This document shows positions 26,819 to 36,261 of a DNA stretch of 47,957 bases, piece after piece. The notes below the pieces were generated by a model that searched no databases, had not been told where the DNA came from, and was given only the letters and a program-made list of their open reading frames with translations. Made by a program: the position numbers and the translations under genes. Where the stretch lies: assembly GCA_016939335.1 (NCBI GenBank), contig JAFGHC010000029.1:1-47957 (forward strand), in the 5' to 3' direction. This DNA comes from Candidatus Saganbacteria bacterium. Its GTDB lineage: Bacteria > Margulisbacteria > WOR-1 > O2-12-FULL-45-9 > XYB2-FULL-48-7. Numbering within the stretch: position 1 is the first letter of the stretch; each line of letters starts with the position of its first letter.

Positions 26819-28141
26819 TCAATTAACCCCTTTCTTTAAATGGGCCTCGCGCAATTGCTCCCTGACCTCGGCCAAGCGCCGTCCTGACAGGGGGTAGAAA
26901 ATCATTATAACAAATCCGAGGAGGAGCGCGATCGCCGGCAGGCCGGCGATCAGCAGGCGGAGGCCGGCCGCGAAACCGCGCGGCTGGGTGTAGATATAAG
27001 GATTATAGCCGCAAAAGAGGAAGACGGCGCTCAGGGCGAGCGCCTGGAGGCCGACGGAAAAGCGGGTGACAAAAACGTTCATCCCGAAATAGGCCCCCTC
27101 GCGCCGCTGGCCGGTGCGCAGTTCGTCCTCGTCGATAATGTCGGCGATCACCACGTCGCAGATCAGAAAATAACCGGCCAGGGCGGCCCCGATCAGGACC
27201 GCGTCCAGCAGGACGGCGTCAAGGCTGACCACGCCGAAGAGCGGCTGGAGCGCCGCCGCCAGCAGCAGCAGCGCGGTCATGAACATCCGTTTGGCGCCGA
27301 GCCAGCGGGCCGGCAGGCGCCAGCCGAAGAGCATGACGAGCGACGACAGGGAAGCGGTCGCCAGCACCAGCATGACCGTTTGCGTCCCGGCGTGCAGCAC
27401 GTACTTGGCGTAAAAGGGGATCGCGGCCAGCATGGTCAGCAGGGCGAATTGCGCGAAGAAGTTGGCCGCCACAAATGAGAGGAACGAGCGGTTGAAGAGG
27501 GTCGCGGCCAGCGCCCGGCGAAAAGCCAGGTCGGGGGGAGCTTTAAAGGCCGGCCGCTCACGGCAGACGCTGAGCGAGAGGAGCAAAACCAGTACGATCA
27601 GCGCGCCGCCCGCCGCTCCCATCGCCCCCCAGCCCCAGACGGAATAAAAATAAGGCGGCAGGCCGATCGCCAGTATCAGGCCGAAAAGGCCAAAAAGCTG
27701 GCGGTATGAATTAACTGCAAGCCGTTCGCGGAAGCCGAGGAACATTTCGGGGAAAAGAGCGCTCCAGTTAATGCCAACAAACGCCAGCAACCCGTCGAAC
27801 AAACAGATGGCGGCCAGAAAATAACCGAACAGCAGCCGGTACTGGTCGAGGCCGCGAAACGGCGGCACCCAAATGAGATAAAAGACCAGGCCGAGCGGCA
27901 GAAGGCAGGCCGCAAGGTAAGGCAGCCGGCGGCCGTAGCGGCTGCGCGTCCGGTCGGAGATGAAACCGGCTACCGGATCATTGATCGCGTTCCAGACGGC
28001 GTAGATCAGCAGCGCCAGCCCGGCCAGGTAGACCGGCAGTTTGACGACATCGACGTAAAAAAAGATGACGTAAGTGGCAAAGGCCTGGCCGGCGAAAGCC
28101 GTGCCCAGGGCGCCGAGGCTGTAGCCGAGTTGCCTGATCAA
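26819..28141 (-). CDS. MFS transporter, GPH (glycoside-pentoside-hexuronide) family
   Basis: WNAINDPVAGFISDRTRSRYGRRLPY; ADIIDEDELRTGQRREGAYFG; about 12 TM helices. Confidence 0.9.
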   Translation of the reverse strand: MIRQLGYSLGALGTAFAGQAFATYVIFFYVDVVKLPVYLAGLALLIYAVWNAINDPVAGFISDRTRSRYGRRLPYLAACLLPLGLVFYLIWVPPFRGLDQYRLLFGYFLAAICLFDGLLAFVGINWSALFPEMFLGFRERLAVNSYRQLFGLFGLILAIGLPPYFYSVWGWGAMGAAGGALIVLVLLLSLSVCRERPAFKAPPDLAFRRALAATLFNRSFLSFVAANFFAQFALLTMLAAIPFYAKYVLHAGTQTVMLVLATASLSSLVMLFGWRLPARWLGAKRMFMTALLLLAAALQPLFGVVSLDAVLLDAVLIGAALAGYFLICDVVIADIIDEDELRTGQRREGAYFGMNVFVTRFSVGLQALALSAVFLFCGYNPYIYTQPRGFAAGLRLLIAGLPAIALLLGFVIMIFYPLSGRRLAEVREQLREAHLKKGVN

Positions 28142-28151
28142 AATCAGATCC

Positions 28152-28325
28152 CTAGATGTTGATCGCTTCGACCGGACAGGCGTCGGCGATCTCCTCGAGA
28201 CTGTGCAGCTCGCATTCGCTGCCGACCGACTGGGCTTTGCCGTCCTCGGTCGTCTGGAAGACCTCCGGGCACATGTCCATGCAGATGCCGCAACCGATGC
28301 ACAACGATTGATCGACTGAAACCAT
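28152..28325 (-). CDS. Monocluster ferredoxin (start at 28325, probably leaderless)
   Basis: CIGCGIC...CP...CPVEAI; TGGTATAAT ends 6 nt before the ATG. Confidence 0.9.
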   Translation of the reverse strand: MVSVDQSLCIGCGICMDMCPEVFQTTEDGKAQSVGSECELHSLEEIADACPVEAINI

Positions 28326-28342
28326 GCAGGTATTATACCATA

Positions 28343-29008
28343 TCACTTCGGGGCGTGTTTGATAACCTTGCCCTCCGCCATGTAAACGACGTCTTCGGCA
28401 ATGTTGGTCGCGTGGTCGGCGATCCGCTCGAGATGCCGCGAAATAATGATCAATGGCAAGGCGCGCGGCGTTGTTTTGGTGTCCTGGTTCATGATCTCGA
28501 CCAGTTCGTCATAGATCAGGTCGCGGTAGTTGTCCGCTTTTTCCTCGTCGGTCCAGAGTTCCCGCGCCATTGCCGCGTCGCGCTTGACAAACGAGTCGAG
28601 CGCCTTGTGGACCATCTTCTCCGCCAGCTCCGCCATTTTCGGTATGTCGACCAGTGGTTTGAGCAGCGGCTGGTCGGCCAGTTCGATCGCCCGCTGGGCG
28701 ATATCGACGGCCAGGTCGCCGATCCGCTCCAGGTCGGAGCCGACGCGCATTCCCGTCGTGATAAAACGCAGGTCGCCGGCCATCGGCTGCTGCGTGGCCA
28801 GCAGTTCCAGGCAAAGATCATCGACTTCCAGCTCGATCTTATCGACTTTATCATCGAGCATCACAACCGTCTGCGCCAGGCCGGCGTCCGATTTTCTCAA
28901 AGCTTCGACGGAATCGAAAATGCTCTTCTCGACCATCCCGCCCATCCTTAAGATGAGATCGTTAAGCTTCGTCAGCTCTTTTTGAAAATGCTCCCTTTGT
29001 TCGATCAT
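28343..29008 (-). CDS. phoU: Phosphate signalling protein PhoU
   Basis: QQPMAGDLR, DLERIGDLA, HLERIADHATNIAE. Confidence 0.96.
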   Translation of the reverse strand: MIEQREHFQKELTKLNDLILRMGGMVEKSIFDSVEALRKSDAGLAQTVVMLDDKVDKIELEVDDLCLELLATQQPMAGDLRFITTGMRVGSDLERIGDLAVDIAQRAIELADQPLLKPLVDIPKMAELAEKMVHKALDSFVKRDAAMARELWTDEEKADNYRDLIYDELVEIMNQDTKTTPRALPLIIISRHLERIADHATNIAEDVVYMAEGKVIKHAPK

Positions 29009-29009
29009 T

Positions 29010-29768
29010 TTAACCAAACCTCCCGGTAATGTAATCTTCGGTCCGCTTGTCCTTCGGGGCCGTGAAAATCCGTTTCGTGGGGCCGAACTCGACCAGTTCG
29101 CCCAGCAGCATAAAGCCGCACTCATCGGAGATGCGGGCCGCCTGCTGCATGTTGTGCGTTACGATCACAATTGTATACCGTTTTTTCAGTTCCAGCATCA
29201 ATTCTTCGATCCGCATCGTGGCCAGGGGATCGAGCGCCGAGCACGGCTCGTCCATCAGCAGGACCTCGGGCAGGACCGCCAGCAAGCGCGCGATGCACAG
29301 CCGCTGCTGCTGCTCGAGTGACAAGCTAAGCGCGTTCGACGATAGTTTGTCCTTCAGGTCAGCGAACAAAAGAACTGATGACAAACTCTTCTCTACCGCC
29401 TGATCCAGAACTTTCCGATCCTTCTCGCCGTGGATGCGCAAGCCGTAGACGACGTTCTCATAAATGGTCAAGGGAAAAGGATTGGGCCGCTGAAAGACCA
29501 TGCCGACTTTCTTGCGCAGGCTGACCAGGTCGACGCCGGGCCCGAGTATCTCCTCACCGCCGACCTTAACGCTGCCCGTGGTCCTGACCCCTTCGATCAG
29601 GTCGTTCATCCGGTTGAAGACGCGCAGGAGAGTTGACTTGCCGCAGCCCGACGGCCCGATCAGCGCGGTGATCTTGTTCTGCTCGACGTTCAGCCCAACA
29701 TTGATCAGCGCCTGAAACGCGCCGTAATACAAATCCAATCTATCGGTCGTGATAATATTATTCATCAA
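29010..29768 (-). CDS. pstB: Phosphate ABC transporter ATPase (second copy)
   Basis: [40 protein letters not shown]; signature reads LSLEQQQR. Confidence 0.93.
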   Translation of the reverse strand: MMNNIITTDRLDLYYGAFQALINVGLNVEQNKITALIGPSGCGKSTLLRVFNRMNDLIEGVRTTGSVKVGGEEILGPGVDLVSLRKKVGMVFQRPNPFPLTIYENVVYGLRIHGEKDRKVLDQAVEKSLSSVLLFADLKDKLSSNALSLSLEQQQRLCIARLLAVLPEVLLMDEPCSALDPLATMRIEELMLELKKRYTIVIVTHNMQQAARISDECGFMLLGELVEFGPTKRIFTAPKDKRTEDYITGRFG

Positions 29769-30520
29769 CCAAACCTGCCTGTAATATAATCTTCAGTCCT
29801 TTTGTCCTTAGGCACGGTAAAGATCTCTTTTGTTTCGCCTATCTCGACCATTTCGCCCATCAGGAAGAAGGCCGTGCGGTCGGAGGCGCGCGCCGCCTGC
29901 TTGACGTTATTGGTCACCAGCACCTGCGTATAATTTTTTTTCAGTTCCTGCATCGCCTCTTCGATCTTGAGCGTCGAGATCGGGTCGAGGCCGGAGCAGG
30001 GCTCGTCGTACAGGATGACCTCGGGTTCGACCGCCAGCGTCCGGGCGATACACAGCCGCTGCTGCTGCCCGCCGGAGAGCTTGAAAGCGCCGGTATTCAG
30101 GCGGTCTTTCACTTCGTCCCAGATGGCGGCGGCCTTGAGCGACCGTTCGACGATCTCGGCCAACTGTCCCTTTTGCTTAACGCCATGCAGACGGGGACCG
30201 TAAGCCACATTATCAAAGATCGAGAGCGGCAGGGGAAGCGGCAGGGCAAAGACAATGCCGACTTTTTTCCTCAAGAGATGTTTGTCGATCTCCCGGAAAA
30301 TATTCCTGCCGTCCAGGAGGACCACCCCTTCGGTCCTCGAGTTCGGGTAAAGCTCGTTCATCCGGTTGAGCGTGCGCAGGAACGAGGTCTTGCCGCTGTT
30401 CGACGGACCGATGATGCCCAGTATCTCATTCAGTTCGACGTTGAACGCCAGGTCCCTGATCGCCCGGGCATCTTCATACCAAACATTGAGGTCCTTTATT
30501 TCGATCTTATTCGCTACCAT
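29765..30520 (-). CDS. pstB: Phosphate ABC transporter ATPase (first copy)
   Basis: [35 protein letters not shown]. Confidence 0.93.
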   Translation of the reverse strand: MVANKIEIKDLNVWYEDARAIRDLAFNVELNEILGIIGPSNSGKTSFLRTLNRMNELYPNSRTEGVVLLDGRNIFREIDKHLLRKKVGIVFALPLPLPLSIFDNVAYGPRLHGVKQKGQLAEIVERSLKAAAIWDEVKDRLNTGAFKLSGGQQQRLCIARTLAVEPEVILYDEPCSGLDPISTLKIEEAMQELKKNYTQVLVTNNVKQAARASDRTAFFLMGEMVEIGETKEIFTVPKDKRTEDYITGRFG

Positions 30521-31362
30521 GTCTTCTTTTTCCTTAGACGCGCCCGGATCCAGGCGGCCAGGACATTGAGCAGGAAGACCATGCCGACGAGGACCAGCAC
30601 GGTGCCATACTGAACCTTGACGCTGACGTTCGGCACCTGGGTCGACAGGACGTATATATGGTAAGGCAGGACCATGGCCTGGTCATAGACGGACTGCGGC
30701 AGGCGCGGCAGGTAAAACGCGGCGACCGTAAAAAGGATCGGCGCCGTTTCGCCCGCCGCCCGCGACAATTCCAGGATCGCCCCCGTCATTATTCCCGGAA
30801 TGGCGTTGGGCAGGACCACGTGGCGGACCGTTTGCCAGCGCGAGGCGCCGAGCGAAAAACTTACTTCGCGAAAAGAACGCGGCACGGTATTGAGCGCCTC
30901 GCGGGTGGCCGTGATAATGACCGGCAACCCTTCGATCGTCAAAGTCAGCGCCCCGGCCAGGATCGATGAGCCGAAACCGAGGAAGGTGACAAACAGACCG
31001 AGGCCGAAAAGCCCGTAAACGATTGACGGCACCCCGGCCAGGTTGATAATGGCCAGTTCAATCAGCCTGGTCAGCCGGTTCCTTTCCGAATACTCGTTCA
31101 GGTAGATCGCCGCCAGCACTCCCAGCGGGATCGAAAAGAACGCTACCCCCAGGATCAAATAAAATGTGCCGACGATCGCCGGAAAGATGCCGCCCGCCCG
31201 CATCCCCTCCCGCGGCATGGCGAACAGGAACTCCGGGGTGATAGCCGGTAATCCACGCCAAAGGATCACGCCCACGATCAGGGCGACCGGCAGGATGACC
31301 AGCAGGGTCAGCGCCAGTAAAACATTAAAAGCGATCTTTTCCTTGGTCCGGGCGTCCATCAT
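30514..31362 (-). CDS. pstA: Phosphate ABC transporter permease PstA
   Basis: GGIFPAIVGT, NLAGVPSIVYGLFG, SRAAGETAP. Confidence 0.95.
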   Translation of the reverse strand: MMDARTKEKIAFNVLLALTLLVILPVALIVGVILWRGLPAITPEFLFAMPREGMRAGGIFPAIVGTFYLILGVAFFSIPLGVLAAIYLNEYSERNRLTRLIELAIINLAGVPSIVYGLFGLGLFVTFLGFGSSILAGALTLTIEGLPVIITATREALNTVPRSFREVSFSLGASRWQTVRHVVLPNAIPGIMTGAILELSRAAGETAPILFTVAAFYLPRLPQSVYDQAMVLPYHIYVLSTQVPNVSVKVQYGTVLVLVGMVFLLNVLAAWIRARLRKKKTW

Positions 31363-32237
31363 CGCCTCTTCCTCCCCCGACCGCGATGCAGGAACATGTC
31401 GGCCAGCAGGTTAATGATAAAACTGATAACGAACAGGACGATGCCGATGGCGAAGAGCGCGTAGTAGTGGCCGCTGCCGCCGACCGCCTCCCCCATCTCG
31501 GCGGCGATCGTCGCCGTCAGCGTCCTGACCGGCTGCAGAAAACTCACCGGCATGACCGCGGCGTTGCCAGTGATCATCAGGACAGCCATTGTTTCGCCGA
31601 CGACGCGGCCGATCCCCAGCATGATCGCGGCCAGAATACCGGAAGAAGCCGCCGGCAGCGTCACCCGGTAGATCGTCTGCCAGCGCGTGGCGCCGAGCGC
31701 CAGCGACCCTTCCTTATAATTCTTGGGGACGGAGACGATCGAATCTTCGATGATGGAAACGATCGTCGGCATCGCCATAAACGCCAGCATGATCGAACCG
31801 GCCAGGGCCGTCAGGCCGCTCGGCAAGTTAAAAATGGTCTTCAGGAACGGGGCCAGCGTGACAATGCCGATGAAGCCGAGGACGATGCTGGGGATCGCGG
31901 CCAGCAGCTCGATCCCCGACTTTAAAATGTCGCGCAGCCAGAGCGGAGCGATCTCCGCCACATAGATGGCCGCCGCCAGCCCCAGCGGCACGGCGATGAC
32001 GATCGCGCCGAAAGTGACCAGCAGGGAACCGAGGATCAGCGGCAGGATGCCGAACTGCGGCGGATCGGAGATCGGGTACCAGTTCCGGCCGAACAAGAAA
32101 GCAAAAACACTCTCGTTCGCAAAAAGCGACAGCCCCTCTTTCAGCAGGAACGCGAAGATCAGGACAACAAAGACGATCGAGGCGATCCCCGACAGCAAGA
32201 CCAGTTTTTCGATTATATATTCAAAGGGCCGTTTCAT
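31359..32237 (-). CDS. pstC: Phosphate ABC transporter permease PstC (start 32237)
   Basis: ELLAAIPSIVLG, ALGATRWQT, GRVVGETMAV. Confidence 0.95.
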   Translation of the reverse strand: MKRPFEYIIEKLVLLSGIASIVFVVLIFAFLLKEGLSLFANESVFAFLFGRNWYPISDPPQFGILPLILGSLLVTFGAIVIAVPLGLAAAIYVAEIAPLWLRDILKSGIELLAAIPSIVLGFIGIVTLAPFLKTIFNLPSGLTALAGSIMLAFMAMPTIVSIIEDSIVSVPKNYKEGSLALGATRWQTIYRVTLPAASSGILAAIMLGIGRVVGETMAVLMITGNAAVMPVSFLQPVRTLTATIAAEMGEAVGGSGHYYALFAIGIVLFVISFIINLLADMFLHRGRGRKRR

Positions 32238-32326
32238 CCTCACCCCTTTCTTCCGACTTCGTCGGAATTCATTCCCCTCTCCATTGAAAATGGAGAGGGG
32301 GGAAAGGTTTGTGCCAGCGGGTGAGG
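32238..32326. repeat. REP-like multi-hairpin element between pstS and pstC
   Basis: Outer arms CCTCACCC / GGGTGAGG; inner CCCCTCTCCATT-GAA-AATGGAGAGGGG; nested TTCCGACTTCGTCGGAA. Confidence 0.85.
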
Positions 32327-32331
32327 TGCCT

Positions 32332-33186
32332 TCACTTAACCGGGACAAAATCCATCTTCAGCACGATCTTCTGGCCGGCGGGGCTCAAGACATAATCAAC
32401 GAACGGCTTGACCTCGCCGGACGGCTCGCCGTTGGTATAGAAGAGCAGCGAGCGGGAGATCGGATATTGCTTGGAGAGCACGCTCCTGACCGAGGGCACG
32501 ACGTAAGCCGAGCCTTTGCTGTTGGCCACCGCCAGCGCTTTCTCTTTCGGCGTCAGATATCCCAGGCCAACATAACCAATGGCCGAGGGATTGGAATTGA
32601 CTTCTTCGATGATCGCCTGCGAAGACGGCATCATTAGAATAGACGGGGCGAATTCGTTCTTGTTCTTGGGGTCGCCCATCTTCACGACATGTTCGAGGAA
32701 GAAGACGTGCGTACCGGAGTTCCGTTCGCGGGACAAAGCCACGATCTTCAGGTCATGGCCGCTGACCTCTTTCCAGTTTTTGATCTTACCGGTATAAATA
32801 TCGGATAACTGCTGGCGGGTCAGTTTGCTGACTGGATTCGCAGGGTTGACGACGAGGGTAATGCCATCATTGGCAACATGTATCTCTTTCGGATCAATGC
32901 CGCGTTTTTTCGCCTGGGCAATCTCTTTCGGCTCCATGTTGCGGGAAGCCTGGGTGATATCGGTCGTCCCGCCGATCAGCGCCGCGATGCCAGTGCCCGA
33001 ACCGCCGCCGGTAACCGCGATGGAAATGGCCGGGTTGGCCTTCATAAAGTCTTCCGACCAGGCCTGGCCCAGGTTGACCATCGTGTCGGAACCCTTGATC
33101 TGCACCGCTTTCTTGCCGACGCCGCAGCTGACAACCGTCAAAGCCAACAGCGCAATGACACCAGTTAATACCATCTTTTTATACAT
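32332..33186 (-). CDS. pstS: Phosphate-binding lipoprotein PstS
   Basis: Lipobox VVSC; IKGSDTM, GGGSGTGIAAL, SRERNSGT, YPISRSL; start 33186 or 33192. Confidence 0.95.
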   Translation of the reverse strand: MYKKMVLTGVIALLALTVVSCGVGKKAVQIKGSDTMVNLGQAWSEDFMKANPAISIAVTGGGSGTGIAALIGGTTDITQASRNMEPKEIAQAKKRGIDPKEIHVANDGITLVVNPANPVSKLTRQQLSDIYTGKIKNWKEVSGHDLKIVALSRERNSGTHVFFLEHVVKMGDPKNKNEFAPSILMMPSSQAIIEEVNSNPSAIGYVGLGYLTPKEKALAVANSKGSAYVVPSVRSVLSKQYPISRSLLFYTNGEPSGEVKPFVDYVLSPAGQKIVLKMDFVPVK

Positions 33187-33218
33187 CTTCATCCCTCCTT
33201 GCAATCTTATCTCCGGCC

Positions 33219-33257
33219 CATTAATAATTCGTTAACCATCTGTTACGGGAATGTTAA
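33219..33257 (-). promoter_or_regulatory. Pho box upstream of pstS
   Basis: Minus strand TTAACA-N5-GTAACA-N5-TTAACG-N5-TTAATG, exact 11-bp period. Confidence 0.8.
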
Positions 33258-33862
33258 ATTTTGACCGTGCTGTTAAACAACACGACGCCGGTGTTCGTCC
33301 AGTCGCCGCCGGGAGTCGGGCGCTGGCTTCTCAGGAGGAAGCCCGGTTCCAGGCTCAAGCGATCGTTGAGTTTGAACGAATAAACCAGGGAACAGCGGTT
33401 TTCATCAACATAGCCGCGCTGGCAATTGTAAAAAGGCTCTTCCGCCAACGCCCAATTATCATATTTGATTTGCAGTCTGTTGCGGTATTTCAGCAGTGTC
33501 GTTCCCGGGTCATATTCCAAGCGTGAGCGGTCGCTTATTTGCGGCCAGGCGAAGATCGCGTCGGCGACCAAAATGTTGGCGCTCGACCAGTTGCCCGTTG
33601 CTGCCGATTTACTCTCGGTCGGCGCATAGAAAAGGCTTACTCCAAGAGTATTGTTGACCGCAAAAGTCGGCCCCAGATAGAGCCTCATATAATACAATTC
33701 GCTGAAATTGGACCGCACCCGGAGTTCCGGGATCACCGAAAACCCAACCCCTGCCTTGATCGGCATCTGGACCGTATCAACCGTCCAGAACTCCGTCTCC
33801 GCCAAAGCAACGCCGAACCCGAGCATCAGCACGCAGGCCGGGACCAAAAATCGCTTTAACAT
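33254..33862 (-). CDS. Outer-membrane beta-barrel, DUF2490-like
   Basis: Signal peptide (VALA); DRSRLE, YRNRLQ, EEPFY, ENR motifs; AGGAGG RBS. Confidence 0.75.
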   Translation of the reverse strand: MLKRFLVPACVLMLGFGVALAETEFWTVDTVQMPIKAGVGFSVIPELRVRSNFSELYYMRLYLGPTFAVNNTLGVSLFYAPTESKSAATGNWSSANILVADAIFAWPQISDRSRLEYDPGTTLLKYRNRLQIKYDNWALAEEPFYNCQRGYVDENRCSLVYSFKLNDRLSLEPGFLLRSQRPTPGGDWTNTGVVLFNSTVKI

Positions 33863-33906
33863 CTTACCGCCTCCTTTAATAGGATACCAACATACTAGAG
33901 GAGTGG

Positions 33907-33945
33907 CATTAATGATTGATGACCGCTTTGTTAACAGCAGGTAAA
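33907..33945 (-). promoter_or_regulatory. Pho box upstream of the DUF2490-like gene
   Basis: Minus strand TTTACC-N5-TTAACA-N5-GTCATC-N5-TTAATG, 11-bp period. Confidence 0.7.
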
Positions 33946-33949
33946 TTAT

Positions 33950-34972
33950 CTAGCCGGGGAAAACCAGTGTGAACTTCGAGCCTTTGCCCTCTTCGCTTTT
34001 GACGGAAACGGAACCATTATGGATGTTCATGACATGTTTGACGATCGCGAGGCCCAAGCCGGTGCCGCCCAGGTCGCGCGAGCGGGCCTTATCTATCCGG
34101 TAAAAGCGCTCGAAGAGCCTTGGCAAGTGTTCTTTAGAAATGCCGATGCCGGTGTCGCTGACCGTGATCTGGACTCCGTCTCCCGTGCGACCGCAAGTGA
34201 CCGTCACTTTCCCGCCCGAGTCCGTGTAATTGAGCGCGTTATCGATCAAATTAAGCACCGCGCGGTAAATGTGGTCTTCGACCCCTGCCGCCGTCAGTTC
34301 TTTATCGGCGCAATCGCCCGAGAGTTCGATCTTTTTCTTCCTGGCCTTTTCGGACAGCGTCTCGGCCGCCCGCTCGGCCACCCGGAAGAGATTGACCGGC
34401 ACGAATTCGCCTAGCCCGCGTTTGGCTTCCAGCTGTGAAACTTCCAGCAGATCGTCGATCAGGGTGGTTAGGTTTTCGGCGTGTTTTTCGATCTTGCGCA
34501 CGAATTCGGCATTGTGGCCCTTGTCGGACAGCGCGCCGTTCAGGAGCGTCTCGGCGTAGCTGCGGATCGCCGTCAGCGGCGTCTTGAGCTCATGCGAAAC
34601 ATTGGCCACAAACTCGCTGCGCAGGTTTTCCAGATGCTTCATTTCGCTGATATCCCGCAGGACTACGGCCAGGCCAAGCTCCGCCCCAACCTCATTTTTT
34701 ATGGGATTGACCGAAGCCAGCAAAGACTTTTCCCCGGGATAAAAAACTTTGATCTCTCTTTCGTGGGGTCGCTGGTTGGCTTTAACCTCATCCACCAGGT
34801 CGGAGAGTTCCGTCAGGCGGATGGCTTCCAGCAGCCGCTTACCGATCAGATCGGGCAAACTGACCGAGAAGATCTCGGCGGCCGCTGGATTGGCATAAAT
34901 TATGTCGCCGACGGGCTTGATGACCAGGACGCCGTCGCGCAGGCCGGAGAGGACCGCTTCAAACATGTTCAT
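33950..34972 (-). CDS. phoR: PhoR-like PAS-HisKA-HATPase kinase without transmembrane segments
   Basis: PAS (DGVLVI...ANPAA), RSEFVANVSHELKTPLT, FERFYRIDKARSR..GGTGLGL. Confidence 0.9.
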   Translation of the reverse strand: MNMFEAVLSGLRDGVLVIKPVGDIIYANPAAAEIFSVSLPDLIGKRLLEAIRLTELSDLVDEVKANQRPHEREIKVFYPGEKSLLASVNPIKNEVGAELGLAVVLRDISEMKHLENLRSEFVANVSHELKTPLTAIRSYAETLLNGALSDKGHNAEFVRKIEKHAENLTTLIDDLLEVSQLEAKRGLGEFVPVNLFRVAERAAETLSEKARKKKIELSGDCADKELTAAGVEDHIYRAVLNLIDNALNYTDSGGKVTVTCGRTGDGVQITVSDTGIGISKEHLPRLFERFYRIDKARSRDLGGTGLGLAIVKHVMNIHNGSVSVKSEEGKGSKFTLVFPG

Positions 34973-35649
34973 TCCTTGAATTTATAGCCGACGCCGCGCA
35001 GCGTCACGAGGTGGCGGCCGGCTTTGCCCAGTTTTTCGCGCAGGCGGCGCATGTGTACGTCCACGGTGCGGGTCTCGATCGCCACGTCGATCCCCCAGAC
35101 GGTGTCGAGCAGGCGCTCGCGGGAAAAAACACGCTCTTTGTTTTCGGCCAGGTACAGCAGCAGCTGGAATTCCTTGGCGGTCAGCTCCACTGGTTTGCCG
35201 GCGGCCCTGACCTCGTGTTTGTCCGTGTCGATCTCCAGGTCCTTGAATTTAACGGCGGCCAGAGGCTTTTCTTTCGGTTTTTCGTATCTTCTCAAGATAG
35301 TCTTGATGCGGGCGATCAGTTCCTTGATGCTGAAGGGCTTTACTATATAATCGTCGGCCCCGAGCTCGAGGCCCACGACCTTATCGGTTTCGCTCCCCTT
35401 GGCGGTCAGCATGATGACAGGGACCGCGGCGGTCTTGGGGTTTCTCTTGATCCGGCGGCAGACCTCCAGGCCGTCCAGGCCGGGGAGCATAAGGTCGAGA
35501 ACGATCAGCGAGGGGATCTTTTCTCCCGCCAGGCGCAAACCATTCAAACCGTCATAAGCTTTGGAGACCCGATAGCCCTCTTTCTTGAGGTTATACTCCA
35601 GCGATTCGACGATATCTTTCTCGTCTTCAATAATAAGAATTTCAGCCAT
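34969..35649 (-). CDS. phoB: PhoB/PhoP OmpR-family response regulator
   Basis: ILIIEDE, LDLMLP, MLTAK, GADDYIVKPF, RTVDVHMRRLREKL; adjacent to phoR and pst genes. Confidence 0.92.
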   Translation of the reverse strand: MAEILIIEDEKDIVESLEYNLKKEGYRVSKAYDGLNGLRLAGEKIPSLIVLDLMLPGLDGLEVCRRIKRNPKTAAVPVIMLTAKGSETDKVVGLELGADDYIVKPFSIKELIARIKTILRRYEKPKEKPLAAVKFKDLEIDTDKHEVRAAGKPVELTAKEFQLLLYLAENKERVFSRERLLDTVWGIDVAIETRTVDVHMRRLREKLGKAGRHLVTLRGVGYKFKE

Positions 35650-35698
35650 CTTCCACAACATTATAGACCAAAGGATAGCAAATAAGAAGTTGCGCGGG

Positions 35699-35726
35699 CA
35701 TTAAGCCGGAGTTACATTTGTGTAAA
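35699..35726 (-). promoter_or_regulatory. Pho box upstream of phoB (autoregulation)
   Basis: Minus strand TTTACA-N5-GTAACT-N5-TTAATG, 11-bp period. Confidence 0.7.
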
Positions 35727-35864
35727 AAATACCGCTAAGAAGATTGGACAAAATCCCATCGCTAAGCCGAAAAAAACAAGGGCGGGCGAAGAGACCTTTG
35801 TTTCTGACCCTTAGCGTCTTTGAGCTTTGGAGGCGAAAATTATCTGCTTCAGAAGCTCTAAAGA

Positions 35865-36209
35865 CTATTTTACCGCCTTTATTATCAGCTCATTCCCGCC
35901 GGTCAGCTGGATATTCCCCGAACCGCATTTTTCGCAATTAAGATTCATTTTTTCACCCGGCTTGAACTCTGTGCCGCAGTCGGCGCAGGCGGACCTGACC
36001 TTGCTGATCTCGAACTCGACCTTCGCCCCTTCGGCGATCGTCCCTTTGGAAATATCGGCCAGCAGTTCTTTCAGTTCTTCCATATGGGTAAAACGCGATT
36101 CACCGAGCTGGACCTTGACGTATTTGACCCGCGACCCGCGACCCGCGACTCGTGACCATTCTTCTTCTATCTTCCTCAACACATCCCTCGCCAAAGCCAT
36201 TTCATGCAT
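35865..36209 (-). CDS. hypA: Hydrogenase nickel metallochaperone HypA
   Basis: MHE N-terminus, CADC and CEKC, GGNELII. Confidence 0.93.
   Translation of the reverse strand: MHEMALARDVLRKIEEEWSRVAGRGSRVKYVKVQLGESRFTHMEELKELLADISKGTIAEGAKVEFEISKVRSACADCGTEFKPGEKMNLNCEKCGSGNIQLTGGNELIIKAVK
36125..36157. repeat. Heptamer array (CGACCCG)n inside hypA
   Basis: TGACCCG CGACCCG CGACCCG CGACTCG TGACC; encodes WSRVAGRGSRV on the minus strand. Confidence 0.88.
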
Positions 36210-36225
36210 TAAATAGCCACTCCTT

Positions 36226-36258
36226 CATTCGTCATTCGAAATTCGACATTCGTCATTT
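36226..36258. repeat. Intergenic heptamer array (CATTCGW)n
   Basis: CATTCGT CATTCGA AATTCGA CATTCGT CATTT. Confidence 0.85.
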
Positions 36259-36261
36259 CTC

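Noticed and set aside
32238..32348. N-terminal extensions given by the ORF track (pstC, phoU, large subunit, NuoI-like, ferredoxin, MNT)
   Set aside because: They run through repeats, promoters or upstream genes; downstream ATGs with an RBS or stop-start overlap fit the families better.
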